DNA from: Bacteroidota bacterium
GTDB taxonomy: Bacteria > Bacteroidota > Bacteroidia > Flavobacteriales_D > JABDKJ01
Direction: 5' to 3'
NCBI GenBank assembly: GCA_027621335.1
Contig: JAQCAN010000001.1
Location: 1 to 31,356, forward strand
DNA length: 31,356 bases
Shown here: one piece after another, positions 8,976-18,700 of the stretch
Position numbering within the stretch: the first letter of the stretch is position 1
How the letters are laid out: each line of letters starts with the position of its first letter
Position numbers and translations under genes: made by a program
Notes under the pieces: model-generated
Seen by the model: the letters and a program-made list of their open reading frames with translations, nothing else
Told to the model about the DNA's origin: nothing
The model's database searches: none

Positions 8976-10322
8976 TTATTTGATTGATAGGAAGGTAGAG
9001 ATGCCGTATTTCCTATAGATGAAAAGTGCTCCACCGATATTCCATATTCCTGTGCTGATCAACGTGGCCCATGCAGCACCTTCCATCCCCCACATCGGAA
9101 TGAATAGAGCATTCAACCCGATATTGACTACTGTGGCGACAAGAACTAATTTCGTGAAATAGGACTGATTGCCGGTCATATTCATAAAGGCTCCCACCAA
9201 TCCGCAAGTGGCGTTAAGGAGTTGCGTGAAGGCCAAAATCCTCAACGTATTGGACCCTGCTCGGAATCCGTCATCTACGAGGCTTAGTATCAGTTCTGGA
9301 AAGGCTAGAAGGATCAGGCTTATTGGAATACTGAACAGCATGATGACATTCGTGCTCTTCTTGACAACGGTCTTCAAATTGACCATGTCCTGCTTCCAGA
9401 AAAGCTCGGATATCTTTGGCATGGCGATGGTCTTCAAGGAAGCGATCATGAAATTGGTGATGACACTGATCTTCAAGGCCACACTGAAGACCCCAACGGC
9501 TGATATGTCGGTATAGAATCCTAGCATGATGGTATCCACCCTCCCGTTGAGCAGTTGGATGAAGGACGTGAGTATCATGGGGAAGGAGATATACAGGTGC
9601 TCTTTCATGGAGAAGGCCTCCTTAGGTGAGGACTCACGCCCGGCCTTGGTCCTGTGAAAGAATCTCCAGATGTAGTAGGTCGTATAAATGGCTGCAACCG
9701 CTATGCCAAGGGCGTAGACGTCCACAGCATAGATAGTCCTGATGCCTAAGTAGATTGCTGTTGCAAAGCCTACTAGATTGATGAATTGAATAACGAGGTT
9801 GCGAAAGAGCTCTGAGATATGGACCTCCTTCAATCCACGGATGAATTCCACATTTATAGTGCCCATCACGCTCAAAGGAAGAATCGCTCCGATAATCTTG
9901 AATGGCAGACTGAGTTCAGGGTCGTGATAGATGGAATCAGCCAGATAATCCGAACCGATGATGAAGGCCAAACCTATAAGGGCGCTCAAGGGTAAGGTCA
10001 ATTTCTGTATGCCCTTGAAGACAGCAAGTACGAGCTTAGGTTTTCCGAGTTCGGTGTACTGAGAGGTGAATCGGATGATGGAGGTATTGAATCCTAAGGA
10101 GGCCACCATGACCAAGATGCCGGAAATGGCCAGACAGAGATTATAGATTCCAATACCATCTTCTCCTAATTCCCTTGAGATATAGACCATGAGGCCGTAG
10201 CTAAGGACCATGGACATCACCCTGTAGATCAAGGCCACCGATCCTCCCTTGAGGATTTCGGAGAAGTCCGCATTCCCATCTGGGCCACGAAGTTTTTTCT
10301 TGATTTTTTTAAGGAGATCCAT
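8976..10322 (-). CDS. wzx: Wzx-type polysaccharide flippase (MOP superfamily)
   Basis: 12 or more TM segments. GIYNLC...ASLGFNTSIIRF, VDTIMLG...VGVFSVALKI, and the C-terminal motif LNALFIPMWGMEGAAWATLIS. Confidence 0.88.
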   Translation of the reverse strand: MDLLKKIKKKLRGPDGNADFSEILKGGSVALIYRVMSMVLSYGLMVYISRELGEDGIGIYNLCLAISGILVMVASLGFNTSIIRFTSQYTELGKPKLVLAVFKGIQKLTLPLSALIGLAFIIGSDYLADSIYHDPELSLPFKIIGAILPLSVMGTINVEFIRGLKEVHISELFRNLVIQFINLVGFATAIYLGIRTIYAVDVYALGIAVAAIYTTYYIWRFFHRTKAGRESSPKEAFSMKEHLYISFPMILTSFIQLLNGRVDTIMLGFYTDISAVGVFSVALKISVITNFMIASLKTIAMPKISELFWKQDMVNLKTVVKKSTNVIMLFSIPISLILLAFPELILSLVDDGFRAGSNTLRILAFTQLLNATCGLVGAFMNMTGNQSYFTKLVLVATVVNIGLNALFIPMWGMEGAAWATLISTGIWNIGGALFIYRKYGISTFLSIK

Positions 10323-10448
10323 TTAGGCTAGAGCAATGAGAAAGTACAGTATACGGTAGTCTTTTGAAATGGTTTTCAATCACCTTATTCTAGACAGGTA
10401 GCAAAGAGGTGGAATACATGGGGCAGGTATCACCGAAGGCCTTTTCGC

Positions 10449-11756
10449 TCAGTCGATGCGCTCCAATTGAGCGCCAATGGCCTTGAGCCTGGTATCGATG
10501 TTCTGATACCCTCGGTCGATCTGATTCACGTTGTCGATGACGCTCTCTCCTTGTGCACTCAGGGCAGCGATGAGCAAGGAGACCCCCGCCCTGATATCAG
10601 GAGAAGTCATCTTGATACCGCGTAACATGCTCTGTTTGTCCAATCCGATCACAGTAGCTCTATGCGGATCACACAAGATGATCTTCGCCCCCATGTCTAT
10701 CAATTTGTCCACGAAGAAAAGTCGGCTCTCGAACATCTTTTGATGGATGAGTACAGAGCCTCTGGCTTGGATGGCGGTGACTAGCACAATACTCAAAAGG
10801 TCAGGAGTGAAACCCGGCCATGGAGCATCTGCAACTGTCAGTATGGAGCCATCTATGAAAGTATCAATCTCATAACGATCCTGTGAAGGAATGAATAGAT
10901 CATCTCCTTTCAGTTCCATTTTGATACCCAACCTGCGAAAGATGTTCGGTATCTGACCGAGTTCGTTATAATGTACATTCTTGATGGTGATCTCACTTCC
11001 CGTCATGGCAGCTAGGCCTATAAAGGAACCGATCTCGATCATATCAGGGAGACAGGTATGCACACATCCACCCAGGCTATCTACGCCATCGATAAGTAAG
11101 AGGTTGGATCCTACTCCTGAGATCTTTGCTCCCATGCTATTGAGCATCTTGCACAATTGCTGTATATATGGTTCACAGGCGGCATTGTAGACGGTAGTCC
11201 TGCCTTCCGCTAATACAGCCGCCATGATGATATTGGCCGTGCCGGTCACAGAAGCCTCGTCTAATAGCATGTAGGTACCCTTCAGGCGCTTAGCCTCTAC
11301 TTTATAGAAGTGCTCTTGACGTTCATAGGTGAAGGTGGCCCCGAGGCGTTGGAAGCCAATGAAATGTGTGTCCAATCGTCTTCTTCCGATCTTATCTCCG
11401 CCTGGTTTGGGAATGTAGCCCTTGCCAAAACGTGCCAACAAAGGCCCCACAATCATGATAGAACCGCGAAGGGCACCTCCTTTCAGCTTGAATTCCTCGC
11501 TCAGTAAGTACTCGATATTGACATGATCAGCTTTAAAGCTGCATGACCCTGCACCAAGTCTCTTGACGGTCACTCCCAGATCAGCGAGCAGTTCAATCAG
11601 TTTGTTCACATCCACGATGTCAGGGATGTTGTGAACAATTACTTCCTCAGGAGTGAGGAGAACCGCTGAAAGAATTTGAAGGACTTCATTCTTAGCTCCT
11701 TGAGGCGTGATTTCCCCTTTGAGCTTGTGACCGCCTTGTACCCTGAACGAACTCAT
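10449..11756 (-). CDS. murA: UDP-N-acetylglucosamine 1-carboxyvinyltransferase
   Basis: GAKNEVL, LRGSIM, PGGDKIGRRRLDTH, PDMIE, APWPGFTPD, MFESR, DIRAG and IDRGY motifs. ATG 11756 overlaps the DUF4290 stop (TGATG). Confidence 0.97.
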   Translation of the reverse strand: MSSFRVQGGHKLKGEITPQGAKNEVLQILSAVLLTPEEVIVHNIPDIVDVNKLIELLADLGVTVKRLGAGSCSFKADHVNIEYLLSEEFKLKGGALRGSIMIVGPLLARFGKGYIPKPGGDKIGRRRLDTHFIGFQRLGATFTYERQEHFYKVEAKRLKGTYMLLDEASVTGTANIIMAAVLAEGRTTVYNAACEPYIQQLCKMLNSMGAKISGVGSNLLLIDGVDSLGGCVHTCLPDMIEIGSFIGLAAMTGSEITIKNVHYNELGQIPNIFRRLGIKMELKGDDLFIPSQDRYEIDTFIDGSILTVADAPWPGFTPDLLSIVLVTAIQARGSVLIHQKMFESRLFFVDKLIDMGAKIILCDPHRATVIGLDKQSMLRGIKMTSPDIRAGVSLLIAALSAQGESVIDNVNQIDRGYQNIDTRLKAIGAQLERID

Positions 11757-12400
11757 CAATTTCTCTTCTTACGGTGATTTTTTTGGAAACGCCCTCCTTT
11801 CTTGGCAGGTCGGTTGGACTGTGCTTCAGTAGGTCTTACTCCTTTCACCTGTAGCTCGGAGCTATTCTTAAGGGCCAGATCCTCCAACTTTAGTTCCAGT
11901 TTGCCGCCAGAAATTTCGTTCATCTGATTCAGAATGGTCTGATCCTCTACGCTGTCCCTGTTCCAAGTGAGATAGAAACGTTTCATGAGATTGGCCACAC
12001 ATTGGGTCAAGGCTTTTCGCTCCTCAGGATCGGTCTTTGCAGGGATTGCATCGATGAGGTCCTGGATGGACTCACCATAATGTCCATATCGGATATTTCC
12101 CTTGGGATAGGATATGGAGTTGGGCTTGGTCTCGAAGGTTTCCTTGGTAGGGATAGGATAAGGGGATTCCACGTCCAACTTGAAATCGGACATGATGAAG
12201 ATGTGGTCCCATAACTTGTGGTTATAGTCGTCAACGTCCCTGAGATGAGGGTTGAGCTGGCCCATGACCTGAATGATGGCCGCCACTACTTTCTGACGCT
12301 CTTCTTTATCCTCAACGGTGAGAGCAAAGTTCACCATCTTCTTGACGTTGCGTCCATACTCCGGTAATTGGAGGTCAGGCCGCGCTGTATTGTATTCCAA
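11756..12400 (-). CDS. DUF4290 domain protein (Bacteroidota, usually upstream of murA)
   Basis: MEYNT.R..L.LPEYGRNV, KLWDHIFIMSDFKLDVESPYP and RYGHYG; basic C-terminal tail; TTG start. Confidence 0.85.
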   Translation of the reverse strand: MEYNTARPDLQLPEYGRNVKKMVNFALTVEDKEERQKVVAAIIQVMGQLNPHLRDVDDYNHKLWDHIFIMSDFKLDVESPYPIPTKETFETKPNSISYPKGNIRYGHYGESIQDLIDAIPAKTDPEERKALTQCVANLMKRFYLTWNRDSVEDQTILNQMNEISGGKLELKLEDLALKNSSELQVKGVRPTEAQSNRPAKKGGRFQKNHRKKRN

Positions 12401-12467
12401 ATTGACTTGTGATTATGAAGTCCTCTCTTTCAAGGTCGGGGATGCCGTTAGGACTAATGTTATGTAA

Positions 12468-12475
12468 CAAAGGTA
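12468..12475 (-). promoter_or_regulatory. -7 promoter element TACCTTTG for DUF4290-murA
   Basis: Exact match to the Bacteroidota TAnnTTTG consensus in an intergenic region, correctly oriented. Confidence 0.6.
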
Positions 12476-12484
12476 TCAAAATCA

Positions 12485-14830
12485 TCAGGCGGTGCTAGGA
12501 AGAACCTTCAACTTCGCAAATTTCAATAAGAGCACTTTTTTCCCACTGCCTGGGAAGAATATAGTGGCCTTGGTGTCCGGACTGCCTCCTTCCAGTTTCA
12601 CCACTTTCCCTTTTCCGAATCTGGGATGCTCTACATCCATTCCCACTTCCACCTCCTCCACGGGACCATAGTCTCCATTATCGTTGGTATTGTTCAGTTT
12701 CTTGAAATTCCTCGGCACGTGGATGGGTATGCGTACGGGGGCGGTATCCTGCTTCTTAACGAAGTTCAGCCCTTCAGATCCCGCTCCTCCGCTCTGGCGA
12801 TTGAAGCTTGACCAACCCTCCATTCCACCTCCAAAACCCAGATCGGACATGTCTGAGACCTGTCCATTCCAGTTAGGAGGGAATTTCACATACGCCTTAT
12901 CGATCTCATCTATGAAGCGGCTCGGTTCGCAATAGGTGAGATTTCCCCAGCGATAGCGAGTGTTTGCCATGCTGATAGTCGCTCTGCGCTCTGCACGGGT
13001 CATGGCCACATAGAACAATCTCCTTTCTTCTTCCAGATCAGTTCGACTGCTCAAACTGAGCTGGGAAGGGAAGAGATTTTCCTCTAATCCAACGATATAG
13101 ACATAAGGAAACTCCAATCCTTTGGCTGCATGGATGGTCATCAAGCTTACGTAGTCCTCATTCTCATCCGTCTCATCGGCATCCGTCAAGAGGGCTACAT
13201 CCATGAGGAACTCATCCAAACGGTCATCGCCCCCATCCGCTCGCCTCTGTTCCGAGAAATCCTTGACCCCGTTGAGGAGTTCCTGGATGTTCTCGTAGCG
13301 GGCCACTCCTTCAGGTGATTTATCGTTGTAGAGGTCCTTCAGGATACCAGTGGTCTGAGCGACTTCATAGGCCATGTCATACGAGCCGGTGATGCCCAGA
13401 GAATGATGAAAACGCTCAATGAAGGTGACGAATTCCTTGATTTTAGAGGCCGTCCCCTTATTCACTTGGAGAGCACTTTGAATAGGGTCCAATATAACTT
13501 CCCAGAGCGATGTGCCTCGCTCTCTGGCTGTCAGGACAATCTTATCTATGGTGGTCTGTCCGATGCCTCGGGTCGGGTAGTTGATGACCCGCTTCAGCGC
13601 CTCTTCATCTTTCGGATTGCAGATAAGTCTGAAATAGGCCAAAAGGTCCTTTATCTCCTTGCGCTGATAGAACGAGAGCCCCCCGAAGATCTTATAGGGT
13701 ATGTTCATCTTCCTTAGGGCCTCTTCCATACTTCGAGACTGAGCATTGGTGCGGTACAGGATGGCGAACTGACTCTCCTTGAGTTGCTCCCGCATTTTTG
13801 TCTCGAAGATGTTTTGGGCCACCATACGGCCTTCCTCATTGTCCGTATTGGCTCTCAAGAGTTCAATGGACTCTCCTTGGGCGTTATCGGTCCAGACCTT
13901 TTTCTTGATCTGATCTTTATTCTTGCTGATGATACTGTTCGCGGCCTCAACGATGGTCTGGGTGGAGCGGTAGTTCTGCTCCAATTTGAAGAGGACATAG
14001 TCCGGATAGTCCCGCTTGAAATTCAGTATGTTCTGGATATTGGCCCCCCGGAAGGAATAGATGCTCTGGGCGTCATCTCCCACCACACAGAGGTTTTCAT
14101 GAACCGCAGCCAATTTCCTCACGATGAGGTACTGGGCATAATTCGTGTCCTGATACTCGTCTACCAAGAGGTACTTGAACTTATGCTGATAGGCGTGAAG
14201 GGCTTGGGGATGATCCCTGAAGAGCACATTGGTCTTGAAGAGGAGGTCATCGAAATCCATAGCGCCAGCTTTGAAACACCGGTCTGCATAGTTCATATAG
14301 ACCTCGCCTAGCCTCGGCTTGCCTGAGGCCTCATCACTTATCATCACATCCTGATTCGACATGTATTCACGCGGTGAGATGAGGTTGTTCTTTGCGCTGG
14401 AGATGCGGCTATAGACCACTCCTGGTTTATAGATCTTCTCATCGAGGCCCATCTCCTTGATGACGCTTTTTAGAAGGCTCTTGGAGTCTTGGGTGTCATA
14501 GATGGTGAAGTTGGACGGATAACCGAGCTTCGAAGCCTCAGAACGGAGGATGCGAGCAAAGACACTGTGAAAGGTTCCCATCCAGATGTTGCGGGCCTCC
14601 CCATAACCCACGACAGAGGCGATACGACCTTTCATCTCCTTGGCCGCTTTGTTGGTGAATGTGAGGGCAAGAATTGTGAAAGGGTCCACCCCTGTTTTGA
14701 CCAGATGGGCGATGCGATAGGTGAGGACCCTGGTCTTTCCAGAACCTGCACCAGCAATGACCATAGAAGGGCCTTGAGTGTGCTGCACAGCTTGCCGCTG
14801 GCTGTCGTTTAGTTCGTCCAGGTAACTCAT
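12485..14830 (-). CDS. uvrD: ATP-dependent DNA helicase UvrD/PcrA family
   Basis: Walker A AGAGSGKT, TFTNKAA, TFHS, Walker B LVDEYQD, VGDDAQSIYSFRGA, LEQNYRST, ILYRTNAQS, TIHAAKGLEF, EERRLFYVAMTRA, and a C-terminal Tudor-like HPRFGKG. Confidence 0.96.
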   Translation of the reverse strand: MSYLDELNDSQRQAVQHTQGPSMVIAGAGSGKTRVLTYRIAHLVKTGVDPFTILALTFTNKAAKEMKGRIASVVGYGEARNIWMGTFHSVFARILRSEASKLGYPSNFTIYDTQDSKSLLKSVIKEMGLDEKIYKPGVVYSRISSAKNNLISPREYMSNQDVMISDEASGKPRLGEVYMNYADRCFKAGAMDFDDLLFKTNVLFRDHPQALHAYQHKFKYLLVDEYQDTNYAQYLIVRKLAAVHENLCVVGDDAQSIYSFRGANIQNILNFKRDYPDYVLFKLEQNYRSTQTIVEAANSIISKNKDQIKKKVWTDNAQGESIELLRANTDNEEGRMVAQNIFETKMREQLKESQFAILYRTNAQSRSMEEALRKMNIPYKIFGGLSFYQRKEIKDLLAYFRLICNPKDEEALKRVINYPTRGIGQTTIDKIVLTARERGTSLWEVILDPIQSALQVNKGTASKIKEFVTFIERFHHSLGITGSYDMAYEVAQTTGILKDLYNDKSPEGVARYENIQELLNGVKDFSEQRRADGGDDRLDEFLMDVALLTDADETDENEDYVSLMTIHAAKGLEFPYVYIVGLEENLFPSQLSLSSRTDLEEERRLFYVAMTRAERRATISMANTRYRWGNLTYCEPSRFIDEIDKAYVKFPPNWNGQVSDMSDLGFGGGMEGWSSFNRQSGGAGSEGLNFVKKQDTAPVRIPIHVPRNFKKLNNTNDNGDYGPVEEVEVGMDVEHPRFGKGKVVKLEGGSPDTKATIFFPGSGKKVLLLKFAKLKVLPSTA

Positions 14831-14873
14831 GCCATAAAAGTAGGAATCAGGCTAAGGCCTTATTCATAAGGAA

Positions 14874-15710
14874 TCAGGAATTATTCACGAAGGCCTTCCT
14901 GTCTGGATAGTCGGTGATGATGCCGTCCACCCCGATGTCAGCCAACCACTGCATATCGCTCACTTCATTCACGGTCCATGGTACGACTAGAATTCCCTTT
15001 TCATGGCAAAGTCTGATGAGGTCAGGCGTTACCATGTTGAACTGAGGTCCTAGGAAGTTAGGAAGGAAGCCCAGGGTCTCGATCTCTCTTTCCAAGTTGA
15101 AGGCTTTGTCCAATAGCAAAGAGATCTGCACTGTAGGTTCTTGCTCATGGATGGCCTTCAAGATGCGCTTATCAAAGGATTGAAGGATGCATCGGCCCAA
15201 GGTATCCGCTTGCCTGATCACAGCCAAGACAATGGAAACGAATACATCAGGCGGTGGGTGGTATAAGTTATCGAAGTCAGGAGCGCTCTTCAGTTCGATG
15301 GTATAGAGAATGGGAGTGGAGTCTGTGAATTTCCATCTTGCCTCTATCTCTTGGAAGACTTCGGAGAGCAATGGACGGTGGATAACCTCCGTTTCTTGCT
15401 CGGGAAAGCGAGGATGAGGACATCCACAGTCAAAGTTGCGGATCATCTGATAATCCATCTGATAGAGGTTCAGGCCCTTCTCTTCTGCTTCAGTGATGTC
15501 ACTTCCATCAGGTTTCTTGCAAATATCATGAGGCATGAAAGGTTCGTGTGCCACTACCACCTGGAGATCGGCACTGATGACCACATCCATCTCCAGTGCA
15601 TCCATGCCGAGCTCCATTGCATGGATAAAGGCTGGAATACTGTTCTCAGGTTTAAGGCCGCGGCATCCGCGGTGACCATGCCATATCAAGGCATCTCTTC
15701 TTTCTTTCAC
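14874..15710 (-). CDS. Glycerophosphodiester phosphodiesterase (GDPD)
   Basis: HGHRGCRGLKPENS, EMDVVISAD...VVAHE, IELKS, QSFD, VPWTVN and DGIITDYPD. Confidence 0.93.
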   Translation of the reverse strand: MKERRDALIWHGHRGCRGLKPENSIPAFIHAMELGMDALEMDVVISADLQVVVAHEPFMPHDICKKPDGSDITEAEEKGLNLYQMDYQMIRNFDCGCPHPRFPEQETEVIHRPLLSEVFQEIEARWKFTDSTPILYTIELKSAPDFDNLYHPPPDVFVSIVLAVIRQADTLGRCILQSFDKRILKAIHEQEPTVQISLLLDKAFNLEREIETLGFLPNFLGPQFNMVTPDLIRLCHEKGILVVPWTVNEVSDMQWLADIGVDGIITDYPDRKAFVNNS

Positions 15711-15719
15711 AGTGCAAGT

Positions 15720-18700
15720 TTAACGCACTATAGTGACCATTCCTTGAAAAAGGCGTTTATCCACTGAATTCTTCAGTTTCACCTCCATGCGCCAGGTGTA
15801 GACGCCATCTCGAGTGAAGTAGTCCGAGCCATTGGCTCCCTCTCCTGACCACTTTCCATTGAGTTCAGCAGTCTCCCAGACCAGGCTACCCATGCGGTCA
15901 TAGATCTGGAAGAGGTACTCCTCCTCACTGGCACCCGTGATACGCGGATAGAAATAATCATTGACACGGTCATTGTCCGGAGTGAAAGCATCTGGCACGA
16001 AGACTGCCAATTCACCTTGGACTTTGATTGACTGGCAAAGGGTATCTGTACACCCTTCCTCTGTCGTGACCACTTGACAGACATTCCAGAACTCAGTGGT
16101 CTCCTGTTCTGGGAAGAAGAGGGATGGGCTGGCATTCTGAGAGAAGAGGATGCTATCCAGATACCATTCGTAGGCTACGGCATTCTGCGATAGATCGATA
16201 AATGTCACGATGTTCTCGATGCTGGTAGGTTCAAAGGGAGAATAAGTGAAATCAGCCAGAGGTGCACCATTGATGGTAATGAGTCCTGGATACTCTGTTT
16301 CACTGCCGCATCCTTGTTGTGTGGTCACGGAGAGGGACACGTCATAGATCCCGGTATCGGTGAATACATAGGTGAGTGCCTGACACCCTTGAATGGTGTC
16401 CAATCCGATGATCCAGGTACAATCCTCTCCAACTTGAGACAGAGTTGGTTCTGTGTCGAGGAGGACTTCCGTCTGTCCACAGAGGACAGAGGAGCCGTTG
16501 CCCAGTTCCACCACCGGGTTCTGGAAGACATTGATGGCGATGAATTGGGAATAGGGGAAGGCACAGGCATCTGTGTATATTAATTCAAGGCTCTGGGTCT
16601 GACTAGGCGTCAAGGTGATGCTCGCTCCTTGAATCAAATCACCTCCATCAACCCAGGTGAATCCATAAGGGCCTCCAGCCCCTCCTTCGGCTGAAACGGT
16701 CACTGTGATACTTTCTCCAATGCACAAAGAGGTGTCCAAGGGGAGATCTAATTGAGGGGCTTCGATGAATCCGATCAGGGCGGTGCCAGCCCCAGAGTTC
16801 TGACAATCTGCGTCAGTGACCAATGCGATGGAATAGAGTCCAGCTTCAGAGACTGTTATGGTCGTATCCCCTGATACGGCATTGAAGGTACTGAAGGGAA
16901 GGCCATCCAGTGTGATGGAAGCGGAGAAAGGAGGTGTGCCTACAAAGTCGATCTGAATATCGGTATCAGTGCCTTGACAGATGACCGCATCTCCGGATAG
17001 CGTGGCTAATGGAAGGCTGTTCTGGGTCAGGCTGATCTCATCAGCTATCGGGGCAGAGCAATTCGCATCAGCTATTCCAATAAGTTGGAAGGTTCCTGGT
17101 TCATTAACTTGGATAAGAGCAGGAGAGGCTAGGGCAGTTTCTTGAAGGGCTGTCCCATTATTGATACTGTATTCCAGGGTCCAAGGTCCCTGCCCTATCA
17201 GATCCAATTGAACGGTTCCTACATCGCCTTCACAAAAGGCGATGTCCCCATTCAAGCTGGCCTCAGGAAGAGCCGCCTCTGTCACATCGATGAAGCCGAA
17301 GACCACGCCTTGGCAAGTACCTTGGCTCAGCGAGACCAAGGAAACAAAGCCCGCCTCATCGATCAAGAGCTGAGCCTCTGGACCAGTCACCGTGATGCTC
17401 TCTTGGACCGTTCCGTTCAGCGCATAGGTGAGGTCATAAGTTTCGTTATCACTGAGTAATACGGGAACGTTGGCCGATCCTCCGGGGCAGATCTGAACAT
17501 CCTCGATGAGTGTAGCAGTGGGAGTTGGACTTTGAGTAACTTGGAAAAGTGGACCTATGAATGATGAACACACTTGATCATCAACAGTGAAGATCTGGTA
17601 AAGTCCTGGCTCATCTACGTTCAATGAGAATGGACTCACATCGGCTGTGAAGGTCACGATGTTCCCAAAGTCGATGAAATATTGAACTGTCCAAGGCCCA
17701 GTGCCAGTGAACTCGAATTCCAAGTCCACATTCTCTCCAAGACAGAACTCGAAATCTGGACCATTTGTCAGAGCGATCGTGGGTTCAGGAAGGGCATTCA
17801 CCAACGCTTGCCCACTCACAGTGCCGATACAGGAACCTGAGCTGACACTTATCAATTCATACAATCCAGGTCCTGGGACATCCAAGGAAGAGAAGTTATT
17901 CGGCACTTGAATTGGCGCTTGTACCACCCCATCGATGGAATAAGTAAGGGTAAAAGGCCCTTGACCTATGATGTCCAGATCTAAAGGAGGAAGGGTTCCG
18001 TCATTGAGACAATAGTCCCCACCTCCACTCAGCGTGGCCACGGGAGCCGTCACTTCTTCCACAAGGACAGTTCCGTCACCTATCCCTGTGCAGAATCCAT
18101 CCACTACTCCTGTGAGTTCATACAGACCAGGTACATCGGCCACCAGGATGTAGGGATTATCGCTGGTTATGATGTCTGGTTGAGGCAGTCCATCCAGGGT
18201 ATAGGAGATGATCCAGGGCGAGGTGCCCACCAAATCGATGACAATATCAGCACTACCACCCAAACAGAAAGCCAGATCCCCGAAACATGATGCGGTAGGC
18301 CCCGGGATCTGATTCACATCGAATTCGATATCAATGGGAATGCTGCAATTGGAATCTTCAAGATTGGTGAGTGTGATAATGGCGCTTTGGTCCAAAAAGA
18401 ATGTGAAGGGACTGCTTGGAATGGAGATATTGCCTTGTGGGATGCCATTCAAGAGGAAACCCAAGAGCCAAGGCCCTGTGCCAGTTAGTTCCAAGACAAT
18501 CTCGGACTGTTCCCCAAGGCAGAAATCAGAGGCACTGACGACCGTTACAGCAGGTGAATTGACGGAAGGGATATTGAAGTCTTGTTCATAAAGACATCCA
18601 TCGGCCGCTTCCACCTCAACAGTGTAATCACCTGGACATAGAGCACCAAAATCGATTTGTCCCGTTGCGCTCAGCCCATCCACAAGAATGGTTCCATTCT

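Noticed and set aside
1-10322. Lower GC of the glycan locus as evidence of recent horizontal transfer
   Set aside because: Spot counts only (32-43% in two 60-mers near the start vs 57% in one uvrD 60-mer). Membrane-protein and glycan genes are commonly AT-rich, and no integrase, IS or tRNA junction is seen.
12419-12455. AGTCCT/AGGACT stem in the DUF4290 5' leader as a possible riboswitch
   Set aside because: Only 6 bp and matches no RNA family I recognise. An Rfam or covariation search would be needed.
13784-14311. 175-aa plus-strand ORF and its neighbours opposite uvrD
   Set aside because: Antisense shadow of a highly conserved gene, with no recognisable motifs.
16761-18557. Adhesin repeats as a CRISPR-like or DNA tandem array
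   Set aside because: Periodicity is at the protein level only, with diverged codons; no identical DNA repeats or cas genes.
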